DNA of 32,000 nt from Micrococcus luteus NCTC 2665 (GCF_000023205.1 NC_012803.1:120001-152000); one strand, 5' to 3'. Shown: positions 7,338 to 16,985, counted from the stretch's first letter. The notes: generated from the letters alone by a model not told the origin. Translations and numbers: made by a program.

Positions 7338-8771
7338 ATGGGACAGGTGGACACGGGGCGCGCTGGGCGTCGGGATCGACGCACGGAACGCCCCCGGAGC
7401 CGCTCGCTCCCCGCCGTCCTCCTGGCCGCACTCGCGGCCGTCCTGGTCGCCTGCGGGCCCGTGACCGCGCCGACGGCCCCGTCGAGCGCGTCCGCCTCGA
7501 CTTCGACCGCCGCGCCGACGTCGTCGTCCCCGTCCGCCGGCCCCACCGCGGCCGAGGTGGCGGCCGCCGTCGAGCCGGGGCTGGAGACGTCCCCGGGCAC
7601 GGTCTCCGCCGAGTTCCGCGACCTGGCCACCGGCGAGGTGCTGTACGCGCGGGACGCGGACGAGCCCGTGGCCCCCGCGTCCTCGCTCAAGGTGCTCGCC
7701 GCCGCGGCCATCGTCTCCGCCCTGGGTCCTGAGACGACCCTGCAGACCACCGTGGTGGCCCAGCCCACCGCGGACGGCGCGGCCACCGAGCTGGTGCTCG
7801 TGGGCGGCGGCGACGTGCTGCTGGGCACGGGCGCCTCGGACTCGACGCACGTCTCCGGCCGCGCGGGCCTGCGCACCCTCGCGGAGCAGACCGTGGCCGG
7901 GCTGGTCGAGGACGGCGTCACCGGGCAGGTGGTGGTCAGCGCGGACCTGCGGCTCTTCGCGGACCGCACGGCCCTGAACCCGCGCTGGACGTCGGACATC
8001 CCGGAGAGCGGCAACATCGCGCCGGTGCAGCCGTTGGCCACCTACGGCGGCCGTGAGGCCCCCGGCACCGGGGAGGACCGCATCGAGGACCCGGCGCAGT
8101 TCGCCGCGCTCACCTTCCAGGCCGCGCTCGACGACGCGGTGGCCGCCTCCGGCGCCGACCTCGAGGTGGGTCTGCGGGACACGATCCCGGCCACCGAGGT
8201 GCCGCGCGCCACGGTCCTCGCCGCCGCCCCCGTCGCGGGCGTGGAGTCCGCGCCCGTGGGGGAACAGGTCGCGTACCTGCTGGCCCACTCGGAAAACCAG
8301 GTGGTCGAGGCCCTGGCCCACACGGCCGCGCCCGCCGCCGACCTGCCCGCCACCCACGAGGGCGCCACGCAGCTGCTGACGGCCACCGCCGAGGACCTCG
8401 GCGTGGACACCGCCGGGATGGCGCTCGTGGACTCCTCCGGACTCTCCCCGGACAACCGGGTCAGCGCGGGCCAGCTGGCCGGCGTCGTGGCCGGGGTGGC
8501 CCGCACGCCCGCCCTGGGCGCCGTGCTGGAGGGCCTGCCGCGGCCCGGCGAGGACTCCACCGTGGGCGACCGGTTCCCGGCTGCCCCCGCGCGGCAGGCC
8601 GTGGCCGCGAAGACCGGCACGCTCGACCAGACGGTCTCCCTCACCGGCACCGTCACCACGACGTCCGGGCGGGTCCTCGCGTTCAGCATCATCTGCTCGG
8701 ATCTGCAGTGGAAGCTGGAGCCCGCGCGCGCGGCGGTCGACGAGGCCGTCAGCGCCGTCGCCGGGCTCTGA
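7338..8771 (+). CDS. dacB: D-alanyl-D-alanine carboxypeptidase/endopeptidase, PBP4 (S13) family, probable lipoprotein
   Basis: Carries the SxxK (SSLK), SxN (SENQ) and KTG (KTGT) motifs in the expected order. The signal peptide has a lipobox (LAAVLVAC). ATG 7338 was chosen; the upstream 72 codons of the track ORF overlap ppa. Confidence 0.85.
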   Translation: MGQVDTGRAGRRDRRTERPRSRSLPAVLLAALAAVLVACGPVTAPTAPSSASASTSTAAPTSSSPSAGPTAAEVAAAVEPGLETSPGTVSAEFRDLATGEVLYARDADEPVAPASSLKVLAAAAIVSALGPETTLQTTVVAQPTADGAATELVLVGGGDVLLGTGASDSTHVSGRAGLRTLAEQTVAGLVEDGVTGQVVVSADLRLFADRTALNPRWTSDIPESGNIAPVQPLATYGGREAPGTGEDRIEDPAQFAALTFQAALDDAVAASGADLEVGLRDTIPATEVPRATVLAAAPVAGVESAPVGEQVAYLLAHSENQVVEALAHTAAPAADLPATHEGATQLLTATAEDLGVDTAGMALVDSSGLSPDNRVSAGQLAGVVAGVARTPALGAVLEGLPRPGEDSTVGDRFPAAPARQAVAAKTGTLDQTVSLTGTVTTTSGRVLAFSIICSDLQWKLEPARAAVDEAVSAVAGL

Positions 8772-8796
8772 TCCGAGGTCCGGGCCCTGTGATCTG

Positions 8797-10038
8797 ATGG
8801 AGCCCATGAGCGACGACCACGCGACCGACCGCCCCCGCGCCGCGGCGGACGCCGAGCCGGGCGGCCTCGCCGAGCCGGGCCCCGCCGTCGCCCACCCGGT
8901 GGACTGGGCCTTCGCAGCACGGACCGCACGGTCCCTCGCCGGCGCCGGCCCCCGGTTCACGCCGCGGGAGGCGACGCGCGAGGCGGAGGGCCTGCGTGCC
9001 GCCGCGGAGGCCGCCGTGCCGCACGTGCACCGCCTGACCGGGCTCGAGGCGGCACGGGACCTGCGCGACTCGCAGGTGCTCGTGGTGGACCGTCCCACCT
9101 GGTCGCGCGCCGCCACTCAGTCCTTCGCCACGCTGCTCGACCCCACGTTCGCGCATCTGCGGGACACCCGGCCCCGCGAGCACGCCGCCGCCACCACCCG
9201 CGTCACCCGGCACGCCACCGGCCTGGAGATGGGCGGGATCCTCGCGTGGATGTCCGGGAGGATCCTCGGCCAGTACGACCCGTTCATCGCGCTGCCCGGC
9301 CCCGGGGGGACGGCGGGCGGCCCCGCCGGCGGACGCCTGCTGCTCGTGGCCCCGAACGTGGCGCAGGTCCGCGCGGAGATCAACGTGGACCCGGCGGACT
9401 TCCGCCTCTGGGTGTGCCTGCACGAGCAGACCCACCGTGTGCAGTTCGCGGCCGCGCCCTGGCTGCGCGAGCACCTGCGGGCCGAGATCACGGCGCTCAC
9501 CGTCGGCCTGTTCGACAAGGCTGAGTCCCTGCCCGAGCGCCTGCGCTCCGCGCTCGCGGCGGCGAACCCGCTGGGTCGGGAGGCCGACGCCGGCCGGATC
9601 GGGACACGGGACGGACACGACGCGCAGGACGCGGCCCCGGCCCGGCCCGTGCCGGGCCTGCTCGGTGCGATCCAGGACGAGGAGGACCGGGAGCGCCTGT
9701 CCCGGCTGACGGCCGTGATGTCTCTGCTCGAGGGGCACGCGAACGTGGTGATGGACGGCGTCGACTCCTCCGTGGTGTCCTCCGTCAAGACCATCCGCCG
9801 CCGCTTCGACGAGCGCGGCGACCGTCGCTCGCCCCTGGACCGCATGCTCCGCCGTCTGCTGGGCATGGACGCCAAGATGGCCCAGTACCGCGACGGCCAG
9901 AGGTTCGTGGCCACCGCCGTGGCCGAGCTCGGCATGGCCGGGTTCAACGTGGTCTGGGACGCCCCCGAGCTGCTGCCGAGCGAGGCCGAGCTCCACGCCC
10001 CCGAGACGTGGGTGGCGCGCATCCGTGCCCAGGCCTGA
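8797..10038 (+). CDS. zinc-dependent metalloprotease (HExxH; DUF2342-like putative hydrolase)
   Basis: 413 aa containing CLHEQTHRVQF (HExxH). It occupies the conserved position between dacB and tilS seen in Actinomycetota. Confidence 0.75.
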   Translation: MEPMSDDHATDRPRAAADAEPGGLAEPGPAVAHPVDWAFAARTARSLAGAGPRFTPREATREAEGLRAAAEAAVPHVHRLTGLEAARDLRDSQVLVVDRPTWSRAATQSFATLLDPTFAHLRDTRPREHAAATTRVTRHATGLEMGGILAWMSGRILGQYDPFIALPGPGGTAGGPAGGRLLLVAPNVAQVRAEINVDPADFRLWVCLHEQTHRVQFAAAPWLREHLRAEITALTVGLFDKAESLPERLRSALAAANPLGREADAGRIGTRDGHDAQDAAPARPVPGLLGAIQDEEDRERLSRLTAVMSLLEGHANVVMDGVDSSVVSSVKTIRRRFDERGDRRSPLDRMLRRLLGMDAKMAQYRDGQRFVATAVAELGMAGFNVVWDAPELLPSEAELHAPETWVARIRAQA

Positions 10039-11209
10039 GGTGCGGGACCCGGGGCCGACGCCGGCGGGCGGGGCCGGCGGCCTGCCCGCGGTCGGCGCAT
10101 GGCCGCCGCGCACCCGCTGGCCCGAGCCCCTGCACCGGGCCGTCGCGGCGGTGCGGGAGGCCCTGGCGGGCGACGGGGCCTGCCGCGCGGATGCCGTGTC
10201 GGGCCGGGCGGGGAACCACTCCCGCGGCCTCGTCGCCCTCTCCGGCGGCGCCGACTCCCTCGCGCTCGCCTTGGCCTGCGCCGTCCTCGTGGGCACCCGG
10301 GAGGGCCGGCGACTCAACCCGATCGGCGCGGCCGTGGTGGACCACGGGCTGCAGTCGGGCAGCGACGCGGTGGCAGCGGCCGCCGCCGGCGTCGCCCGCA
10401 TCCTCGGTCTGACCCCGGTCACCGTGACGCGGGTCGAGGTGGCCCGCACCGGCGACGGCCCCGAGGCCAACGCCCGGCGTGCCCGCCGGGAGGCCCTCGC
10501 CGCCGCCGCCCGGGACGCCGTCCCGGGGGCGGGCGCCGCCGTCGTCCTCACCGCCCACACCGCCGACGACCAGGCCGAACAGGTCCTCCTCGGGCTCGCA
10601 CGCGGGTCCGGCACGCGGTCCCTCGCGGGGATCCCGGCGCGCGGGACGCTGCCGGGCGGGGCCGCCGTCGTCCGCCCCCTGCTGGGCCTGACCCGCGCGG
10701 ACACCGAGACGATCTGCCGCTGGGCCGGGCTGACCTGGTTCGAGGACCCGCACAACCGCGATCCCGCGCTGCTGCGCTCGCGGGTCCGCACCCGCGTGCT
10801 GCCCGCGCTCGAGGACCCCGACGCCGGCCTCGGCCCCGGCGTGCGGGCCGGGCTGGTGCGCACCGCGGCCATCGCGGCCGAGGACGCCGCGGCCCTCGAC
10901 GCATGGGCCGGCGACGAGTTCACCCGGCTGCGCGTCGACCCGCCCGCCCGGGACCCGCGCGTCGTCTCCCTGGACCTGGATGCCCTGGCCGCGCTGCCCG
11001 CCGCCGTGCGCCACCGCGTGATCGCGCGCGCCGCCCGCGCCGCGGGAGGGCAGGCCCCGCCCCGCGAACGGATCCTCGCGGTGGACACCCTCGTGACGGG
11101 CGCCCACGCGGGGGGCACGTCGGCCGGTCCGGTGGAGCTGCCCGGCGGGGTGGCCGCGCATCGGGCGTGTGCCAGACTGGACCTCATCCCCCGCCTGCCC
11201 GGTCCCTGA
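10025..11209 (+). CDS. tilS: tRNA(Ile)-lysidine synthetase
   Basis: Has the PP-loop VALSGGADSLALA, then TAHTADDQAEQVLL and WFEDPHN. The start is uncertain: GTG 10025 overlaps the upstream gene by 14 nt, and GTG 10040 is the alternative. Confidence 0.85.
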   Translation: MPRPEVRDPGPTPAGGAGGLPAVGAWPPRTRWPEPLHRAVAAVREALAGDGACRADAVSGRAGNHSRGLVALSGGADSLALALACAVLVGTREGRRLNPIGAAVVDHGLQSGSDAVAAAAAGVARILGLTPVTVTRVEVARTGDGPEANARRARREALAAAARDAVPGAGAAVVLTAHTADDQAEQVLLGLARGSGTRSLAGIPARGTLPGGAAVVRPLLGLTRADTETICRWAGLTWFEDPHNRDPALLRSRVRTRVLPALEDPDAGLGPGVRAGLVRTAAIAAEDAAALDAWAGDEFTRLRVDPPARDPRVVSLDLDALAALPAAVRHRVIARAARAAGGQAPPRERILAVDTLVTGAHAGGTSAGPVELPGGVAAHRACARLDLIPRLPGP

Positions 11210-11258
11210 CTGCGGCCCGGCCCGGCATTCCCGCACGAGCACTCACCAGGAGCGGCGC

Positions 11259-11810
11259 ATGGACGCACAGGATGTTCAGAACGACCTCACCCACGTCCTC
11301 ATGTCCCGCGAGGACGTGCAGGACACGATCACGGACCTGGCCCGCCAGATCGACCGCGACTACGCGGACAAGGACCTGCTCATCGTCGCCGTGCTCAAGG
11401 GCGCCGTGATGGTGGTCGCCGACCTCACCCGCGCCCTGCACTCCCACGTGGAGCTGGACTTCATGGCCGTCTCCTCCTACGGCTCCGGCACCAAGTCCTC
11501 CGGCGTGGTGCGCATCCTCAAGGACCTCGACGCGGACCTCACGGGCCGGCACGTCCTGATCGTCGAGGACATCATCGACTCTGGCCTCACCCTGTCCTGG
11601 CTCAAGGCCAACCTGGAGTCCCGCGGCCCGGCCTCGGTCGAGATCTGCACCCTGCTGCGCAAGCCGGAGGCCATGAAGGTGGACATCGACGTGAAGTACG
11701 TCGGGCGGGACATCCCCAACGAGTTCGTGGTGGGCTACGGCCTGGACTATGCGGAGAAGTACCGCAACCTGGACTTCGTGGGCACGCTCGCCCCGCACGT
11801 GTACAGCTGA
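11259..11810 (+). CDS. hpt: hypoxanthine phosphoribosyltransferase
   Basis: Has the PRPP-binding loop VLIVEDIIDSGLTL, LLIVAVLKGAVMVVADL and FVVGYGLDY. ATG 11259 is preceded by AGGAG. Confidence 0.95.
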   Translation: MDAQDVQNDLTHVLMSREDVQDTITDLARQIDRDYADKDLLIVAVLKGAVMVVADLTRALHSHVELDFMAVSSYGSGTKSSGVVRILKDLDADLTGRHVLIVEDIIDSGLTLSWLKANLESRGPASVEICTLLRKPEAMKVDIDVKYVGRDIPNEFVVGYGLDYAEKYRNLDFVGTLAPHVYS

Positions 11811-11840
11811 CCGCGGGCCCGGCCCGGCGGGGCCCGGCGG

Positions 11841-11920
11841 GGCCGACCTGTCACGTGTGGTGTCGCTCCGATGCCGGATCTCCGCCCCATTCCGACTCCC
11901 TGCGTGACAGGTCGCCGGCG
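11841..11920. repeat. inverted repeat enclosing the DUF559 stop codon; left copy of a flanking direct repeat
   Basis: CGACCTGTCACG (11844-11855) and CGTGACAGGTCG (11903-11914) form a perfect 12-bp inverted repeat with a 47-nt spacer. The stop codon (complement of 11851-11853) lies inside the left arm. Confidence 0.7.
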
Positions 11921-12918
11921 CTCTCGAGGTGACGGCGCACCTCCACGATCACGCGCGTGAATCCTCGGCGAGCGTCGGAGGAGGACACGGTGATGTTCCG
12001 GTAGGCCCGTCGCTCGAAGGCCGCGTTGCGCTGCACGTCGCGGTCGATCTGACGATCCGCGCCGTGGTGGCCGCCGTCGTAGTGCAGGGCCACTCTCGCC
12101 TGCCGATAGCCCAGGTCCGCCGTCGCGGGGTGGTGCAGGGAGAACTCCGGGTCCCAGACCTCGAGCTGCAGGTCGGGCTCGGGGAGCCCGGCGGCCGTCA
12201 GCGCGAGCCGGAGCCGCGTCTCCTTCGGCGAGTGCGCCCCCACCCGGACCAGCGTGGCGGCGGTGCGGAGCCGTCGTCGCCGGTTGTGCGCGGACGGGCT
12301 CGCCTCGGCCGCCTGGGCCAGGGCCGCCCGGGTCCGCTCGGCGGCGCCCGGACCGCCGGACAGCTGCGCCCGGCGGACGAGATGGTCGCCGAGGATGACG
12401 AGCTCGTCGTCGTCGAGCAGGGCCGCGAGGTCGACCCAGAGACGGGGCGGGGCGGTGACGTACCAGGCCAGCGCGCCGAGCCGCACGCGCTCCACGTCCG
12501 CGGGCGGGAGCGCTGTCCGGTGGGAGGTGACGCCGGGGAGGGCGAGGCGGCCACGGTCACGCGGGCGGCTCACGTGGACGCCGTCCCCCGCGTCCAGTCG
12601 CTCCGGCAGCCAGATCTCCCGGGCGCGGGCCGCGGTCTGGTGCGACACCACCGTGGTGGCGCGGTGCCGGGCGAGCCGCAGCAGCAGCTCGCATTGGGTG
12701 GCCGAGAGCGGGGTGCTCCACCGGTAGGGGGAGGAGCCGGCCACGGGGCGCTCGACGGCGGCCGGGGCGGCCTCCCGCCGGCGGTAGAGGCCGCGGGAAG
12801 CGGGGCGTTCGACGTCGGAGCGACGCAGCCGGTTGCGGTCGAGGCCGGCGGCCCTCGCCTGCGCGGCGGTGAAGGGGCCGTCCAGCAAGGCCACGGGAAG
12901 CGGGGCGGGGCGACGCAT
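11851..12918 (-). CDS. DUF559 (Vsr/restriction-endonuclease-like fold) protein with an AbiEi-like N-terminal region
   Basis: The C-terminus reads SPKETRLRLALTAAGLPEPDLQLEVWD...ADLGYRQARVALHYDGGHH...DRDVQRNAAFERRAYRNITVSSSD, which is the canonical DUF559 pattern. The N-terminus LLDGPFTAAQARAAGL...SRGLYRR is typical of this family. I chose ATG 12918 because the 60 upstream codons of the track ORF are Pro/Arg low-complexity. Confidence 0.75.
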   Translation of the reverse strand: MRRPAPLPVALLDGPFTAAQARAAGLDRNRLRRSDVERPASRGLYRRREAAPAAVERPVAGSSPYRWSTPLSATQCELLLRLARHRATTVVSHQTAARAREIWLPERLDAGDGVHVSRPRDRGRLALPGVTSHRTALPPADVERVRLGALAWYVTAPPRLWVDLAALLDDDELVILGDHLVRRAQLSGGPGAAERTRAALAQAAEASPSAHNRRRRLRTAATLVRVGAHSPKETRLRLALTAAGLPEPDLQLEVWDPEFSLHHPATADLGYRQARVALHYDGGHHGADRQIDRDVQRNAAFERRAYRNITVSSSDARRGFTRVIVEVRRHLESAGDLSRRESEWGGDPASERHHT

Positions 12919-13030
12919 GGTGCCAGCCTGGCGCGGTGGGGCGGGCGGCGTCCTGGGCCGCCGTGGCTCTGGGGAGGAGTGCGGGTGCGCGGGGGTCTGT
13001 GCAGGCGGGGACGCAGGGGCGCGAACGCAG

Positions 13031-13101
13031 CGCCGGCGACCTGTCATGCAAGCGGTCGCTCTGAGGTGCGATCCACGCGCCATTCCGACCCCTTGCATTC
13101 C
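13031..13101 (-). pseudogene. relic copy of the DUF559 3' end (C-terminal codons, stop and post-stop sequence)
   Basis: Ungapped alignment at an offset of 1193 nt to 11844-11904 gives 44/61 identical by my hand count. The minus-strand reading ECKGSEWRVDRTSERPLA* compares with the gene end SRRESEWGGDPASERHHT*, with the stop at the same aligned position followed by CAGGTCG. 13031-13046 is an exact inverted copy of 11905-11920. Confidence 0.5.
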
Positions 13102-13312
13102 CGGGGGACGTCAGGACGGTGCTGGCCGACGTCGTCGCCGGCTGACCGCCCGCGCCCTGTCCACCTGACGCGAACAGTCAGCGGACACCCGGGCCGGGCC
13201 GGTACCGTGGGGGCTTGACCCGGGCGCGACGTCGGCCCTGCGCCGGCCCCGGCCGCACGGCGGCCGCCCCGGGCAGCCCGGCCCCCGCGGCAGACCAGGA
13301 GACACTCGGACC

Positions 13313-15403
13313 GTGAAGAAGCTGTTCAACAAGCCCTACGTCTGGATCCTGCTGGGCCTGCTGGTCCTCGCGGTCGCGATCCCGCTGACCACGTCACAGA
13401 GCGGCCGCACCATGGTGGACACCAACGTGGGCATGGCCCTGCTGAAGGACGACAAGGCCGCGCAGGCCCGCGTGGTGGACGGGGACCAGCGCGTGGACCT
13501 CACCCTGCGTGAGCCGTACAAGCAGGACGACCGGGACCTCGGCAAGGAGGTCTACTTCTACTTCGCCGCCGCGCGCGCCACGGACGTGGTCACCGCGGTG
13601 GACGACTCGGCCCTGGACGGCTACACGGACGAGCCGGTGCGGAGCAACTGGTTCCTCTCGCTGCTCGGCTTCATGGTCCCGTTCCTGCTCATCGCACTGC
13701 TGTTCTGGTTCCTGATGTCCCGCATGCAGGGCGGCGGCGGCAAGGTCATGCAGTTCGGCAAGTCCCGCGCCAAGCTGATCAACAAGGACAACCCGGACGT
13801 GCTGTTCAAGGACGTCGCGGGCGCGGACGAGGCCGTGGAGGAGCTCCAGGAGATCAAGGAGTTCCTCACCGTGCCGGACCGCTTCCGCGCTGTGGGCGCC
13901 AAGATCCCCAAGGGCGTGCTGCTCTACGGCCCGCCCGGCACGGGCAAGACCCTCTTGGCCAAGGCCGTGGCCGGTGAGGCCGGCGTGCCGTTCTACTCGA
14001 TCTCCGGCTCCGACTTCGTGGAGATGTTCGTGGGCGTCGGCGCCTCGCGCGTGCGCGACCTCTTCGAGCAGGCCAAGTCCAACGCCCCCGCCATCATCTT
14101 CGTGGACGAGATCGACGCCGTCGGCCGGCACCGCGGCGCAGGCATCGGCGGCGGCAACGACGAGCGCGAGCAGACCCTGAACCAGATGCTCGTGGAGATG
14201 GACGGCTTCGACGCCTCCACGAACGTCATCATGATCGCCGCGACCAACCGCCCGGACGTCCTGGACCCGGCGCTGCTGCGCCCGGGCCGCTTCGACCGCC
14301 AGATCCCCGTGGACGCCCCGGACCTCGAGGGCCGCGCCAAGATCCTCGAGGTGCACGCGCAGGGCAAGCCGATCGCCCTGGACGTGGACCTGCGCTCCCT
14401 GGCCAAGCGCACCCCCGGCTACACGGGTGCGGACCTGGCCAACGTGATCAACGAGGCCGCGCTGCTCACGGCGCGCTCGAACAACAACGTGATCGACAAC
14501 CACGCCCTGGACGAGGCCGTGGACCGCGTGATGGCCGGCCCGCAGAAGCGCACCCGCCTGATGAACGAGCACGAGCGCAAGGTCACCGCCTACCACGAGG
14601 GCGGCCACGCGCTCGTCGCGGCCGGGCTGCGCAACTCCGCCCCGGTCACCAAGATCACGATCCTGCCCCGCGGCCGCGCCCTGGGCTACACGATGGTGGT
14701 CCCGGAGGACGACAAGTACTCCGTCACCCGCAACGAGCTCCTGGACCAGCTCGCGTACGCGATGGGCGGGCGCGTGGCGGAGGAGATCGTGTTCAAGGAC
14801 CCGTCCACGGGCGCCGCGAACGACATCCAGAAGGCCACGGACACGGCCCGCAAGATGGTCACCGAGTACGGCATGTCCGCCAAGGTGGGCGCCGTCAAGC
14901 TCGGCGGCGGCAGCTCCGAGCCCTTCATGGGCGGCGCCGCCGGCGGCTCCTCCCGCGAGTACTCCGAGGAGCTGGCGTACCTGGTGGACGCCGAGGTCCG
15001 CACCCTGCTGGACCAGGCCCATGCCGAGGCCCACTGGGTGCTCACGGAGAACCGGGACGTCCTGGACCGCCTGGCCTACGAGCTGCTGGAGAAGGAGACG
15101 CTCACCCAGGAGGCCATCGCCGCCATCTTCGCGGACGTGCGCAAGCGGCCCGAGCGCGGCGTGTGGCTGGCCTCGGACGACCGGCTCCCGCAGGACATCC
15201 CGCCGGTGCTCTCCCCCTCCGAGCGCCGCTCGCGCCACGACGGCGGGCAGCAGACCCCCGTCGGCGTCGAGGGCACCACGGTGCCGGTGCGTCCGGAGGG
15301 CGCGCCGCCGTCGTCGCTGGGCGGGGACGCGGCCGGCCCCGGCCTGCCGCCGCACGGCGGTCCGAGCAACACGCCGGGCCCCGGCGAGGGACCGACCTTT
15401 TGA
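13313..15403 (+). CDS. ftsH: ATP-dependent zinc metalloprotease FtsH
   Basis: Has Walker A GPPGTGKT, Walker [10 protein letters not shown], the SRH segment [19 protein letters not shown], the zinc site HEGGHAL and two N-terminal TM segments. The start is GTG, preceded by AGGAG. The C-terminal tail is Pro/Gly-rich. Confidence 0.97.
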   Translation: MKKLFNKPYVWILLGLLVLAVAIPLTTSQSGRTMVDTNVGMALLKDDKAAQARVVDGDQRVDLTLREPYKQDDRDLGKEVYFYFAAARATDVVTAVDDSALDGYTDEPVRSNWFLSLLGFMVPFLLIALLFWFLMSRMQGGGGKVMQFGKSRAKLINKDNPDVLFKDVAGADEAVEELQEIKEFLTVPDRFRAVGAKIPKGVLLYGPPGTGKTLLAKAVAGEAGVPFYSISGSDFVEMFVGVGASRVRDLFEQAKSNAPAIIFVDEIDAVGRHRGAGIGGGNDEREQTLNQMLVEMDGFDASTNVIMIAATNRPDVLDPALLRPGRFDRQIPVDAPDLEGRAKILEVHAQGKPIALDVDLRSLAKRTPGYTGADLANVINEAALLTARSNNNVIDNHALDEAVDRVMAGPQKRTRLMNEHERKVTAYHEGGHALVAAGLRNSAPVTKITILPRGRALGYTMVVPEDDKYSVTRNELLDQLAYAMGGRVAEEIVFKDPSTGAANDIQKATDTARKMVTEYGMSAKVGAVKLGGGSSEPFMGGAAGGSSREYSEELAYLVDAEVRTLLDQAHAEAHWVLTENRDVLDRLAYELLEKETLTQEAIAAIFADVRKRPERGVWLASDDRLPQDIPPVLSPSERRSRHDGGQQTPVGVEGTTVPVRPEGAPPSSLGGDAAGPGLPPHGGPSNTPGPGEGPTF

Positions 15404-15420
15404 CCGCGCAGGAGGCCCGC

Positions 15421-16041
15421 ATGACAGCCCACACCCCCGACGACGCCGTCCCCGGCACGTTCGACCCGGACTCGACCGCGGTCGACCGGCCGCGCATCGA
15501 GGCGGCGGTGCGGGAGATCCTGCTGGCGATCGGTGAGGACCCGGACCGCGAGGGCCTGGCGGACACCCCGGCGCGGGTGGCCAAGGCGTACGCGGAGTTC
15601 TTCGCGGGCCTGCACCAGAGCCCGGACCAGGTGCTCGGCACCACGTTCGACATCGCGCACGAGGAGCTCGTGCTCGTGAAGGACATCCCGTTCTACTCGA
15701 CGTGCGAGCACCACCTGGTGCCGTTCCACGGCGCCGCGCACATCGGCTACATCCCCTCCGCCGAGGGCCGCGTGACGGGGCTGTCCAAGCTGGCCCGCCT
15801 CGTGGAGCTGTACGCGCGGCGTCCGCAGGTGCAGGAGCGGCTGACCACGCAGGTGGTGGAGGCGCTCATGGAGCACCTGGCCCCGCGCGGGGCGATCGTG
15901 GTGGTGGAGGCCGAGCACATGTGCATGTCCATGCGCGGCGTGCGCAAGCCGGGCGCGAAGACCGTCACCTCGGCGGTGCGCGGCCAGCTGCGGGATCCGT
16001 CCACGCGCTCCGAGGCGATGAGCCTCATCATGCACGGCTGA
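15421..16041 (+). CDS. folE: GTP cyclohydrolase I
   Basis: Contains [10 protein letters not shown] and [17 protein letters not shown] 15421 is preceded by GCAGGAGG. Confidence 0.95.
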   Translation: MTAHTPDDAVPGTFDPDSTAVDRPRIEAAVREILLAIGEDPDREGLADTPARVAKAYAEFFAGLHQSPDQVLGTTFDIAHEELVLVKDIPFYSTCEHHLVPFHGAAHIGYIPSAEGRVTGLSKLARLVELYARRPQVQERLTTQVVEALMEHLAPRGAIVVVEAEHMCMSMRGVRKPGAKTVTSAVRGQLRDPSTRSEAMSLIMHG

Positions 16042-16067
16042 GGACCACCGACGGCGGAGGAGGACAC

Positions 16068-16985
16068 GTGGACGAGAGCATCGACGCGGCGGCGCGGGAG
16101 GCGAACCGCGCCCTGCTGGGGCGGCTGCCCGCGGACCGGACCCTGGTCATGGGCATCCTCAATGTCACCCCTGACTCGTTCTCGGACGGCGGGGAGCACG
16201 CCACCGTCCGCGCGGCTCTCGACCACGCCCGGCGCATGGTCGCGGACGGCGCGGACATCGTGGACGTGGGCGGCGAGTCCACCCGCCCCGGGGCCCGCGC
16301 CGTGCCGCCGGCCGAGGAGCAGGCGCGCATCCTGCCCGTGATCGAGGCGCTGCTGGCCGAGGACGTCGTCGTCTCCGTGGACACGCGCCACACCGCCACC
16401 GCCCGGGCCGCCCTGGCGCTGGGGCCGGTGATCGTCAACGACGTCTCCGGCCTCGCCCACGAGGCGGAGATGCCGGCGCTGATCGCCGCGTCGGGCGCGC
16501 CATACATCCTCATGCACAACCGCGGGAACCCGCAGACCATGGACGGTCTGGCCGTCTACGCGGATACCGTCCCGGACGTCGTGTGCGAGCTGCGGGACGT
16601 GGCCGGCCGCTTCCTCGCCGCGGGCGTCGAGCCCGCGCAGCTGATCGTGGACCCGGGCTTGGGCTTCGCGAAGGCCGGCGAGCAGAACTGGGAGCTGCTG
16701 CGCGGCCTCGAGTGGCTCCGCGCCATGGGCCATCCGGTGCTCGTCGCCGCCTCGCGCAAGCGGTTCCTGGGCACCCTGCTGGCGGACGACGACGGCGCCC
16801 CGGCCCCGCCCGCCGCGCGCGACGCCGCCACCGCGGCGATCTCCGCCCTCGCCGCCGCCCAGGGCGCGTGGGGCGTGCGCGTGCATGACGTGCGCGCCAG
16901 CGCCGACGCCGTCCGCACGGCCGCCGCTTGGGTCGGGGCGCATGCCCCGCCGGGTGAGCCCGTCTCCGAGGACGTGCTGCCGTGA
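16068..16985 (+). CDS. folP: dihydropteroate synthase
   Basis: Contains MGILNVTPDSFSDGG, DIVDVGGESTRPG and IVDPGLGFAK. GTG 16068 is preceded by GGAGGAGGA. Confidence 0.93.
   Translation: MDESIDAAAREANRALLGRLPADRTLVMGILNVTPDSFSDGGEHATVRAALDHARRMVADGADIVDVGGESTRPGARAVPPAEEQARILPVIEALLAEDVVVSVDTRHTATARAALALGPVIVNDVSGLAHEAEMPALIAASGAPYILMHNRGNPQTMDGLAVYADTVPDVVCELRDVAGRFLAAGVEPAQLIVDPGLGFAKAGEQNWELLRGLEWLRAMGHPVLVAASRKRFLGTLLADDDGAPAPPAARDAATAAISALAAAQGAWGVRVHDVRASADAVRTAAAWVGAHAPPGEPVSEDVLP

Noticed and set aside
8749-11268. 839-aa minus-strand ORF antisense to the metalloprotease, tilS and hpt start
   Set aside because: It has the same Arg/Pro/Ala-rich artefact composition, and the sense-strand genes carry HExxH and SGGxDS motifs.
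11811-11843. GC-only tract with tandem GGCCCGGCGG x2 after hpt
   Set aside because: It is low-complexity and can form only an imperfect, bulged hairpin. It may help terminate hpt but is not distinctive enough to call.
11844-11914. The 71-nt inverted-repeat element at the 3' end of the DUF559 ORF, considered as an integron attC (59-be) site
   Set aside because: There are no GTTRRRY/RYYYAAC core sites, no intI or attI, and no cassette array. The resemblance is only positional.
13060-13085. GGTGCGATCCACGCGCC as a tRNA T-arm-like fragment in the hpt-ftsH spacer
   Set aside because: It has no GGTTCGAATCC-type consensus and no acceptor or anticodon stems nearby. It is explained as part of the DUF559 C-terminal relic.
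12919-13098. The 60-codon N-terminal extension of the DUF559 ORF (track start 13098)
   Set aside because: The extension is Pro/Arg/Thr low-complexity. Family members typically begin near the LLDGPFT...A...G motif. The extension also crosses the relic repeat in a different frame.
13215-13220. TTGACC as an ftsH -35 box
   Set aside because: There is no acceptable TANNNT -10 at 16-19 nt spacing, so it cannot be supported from sequence alone.
15200-15403. Pro/Gly-rich C-terminal tail of FtsH as something unusual
   Set aside because: Variable low-complexity C-terminal extensions of FtsH are common in actinobacteria, so this is not noteworthy by itself.
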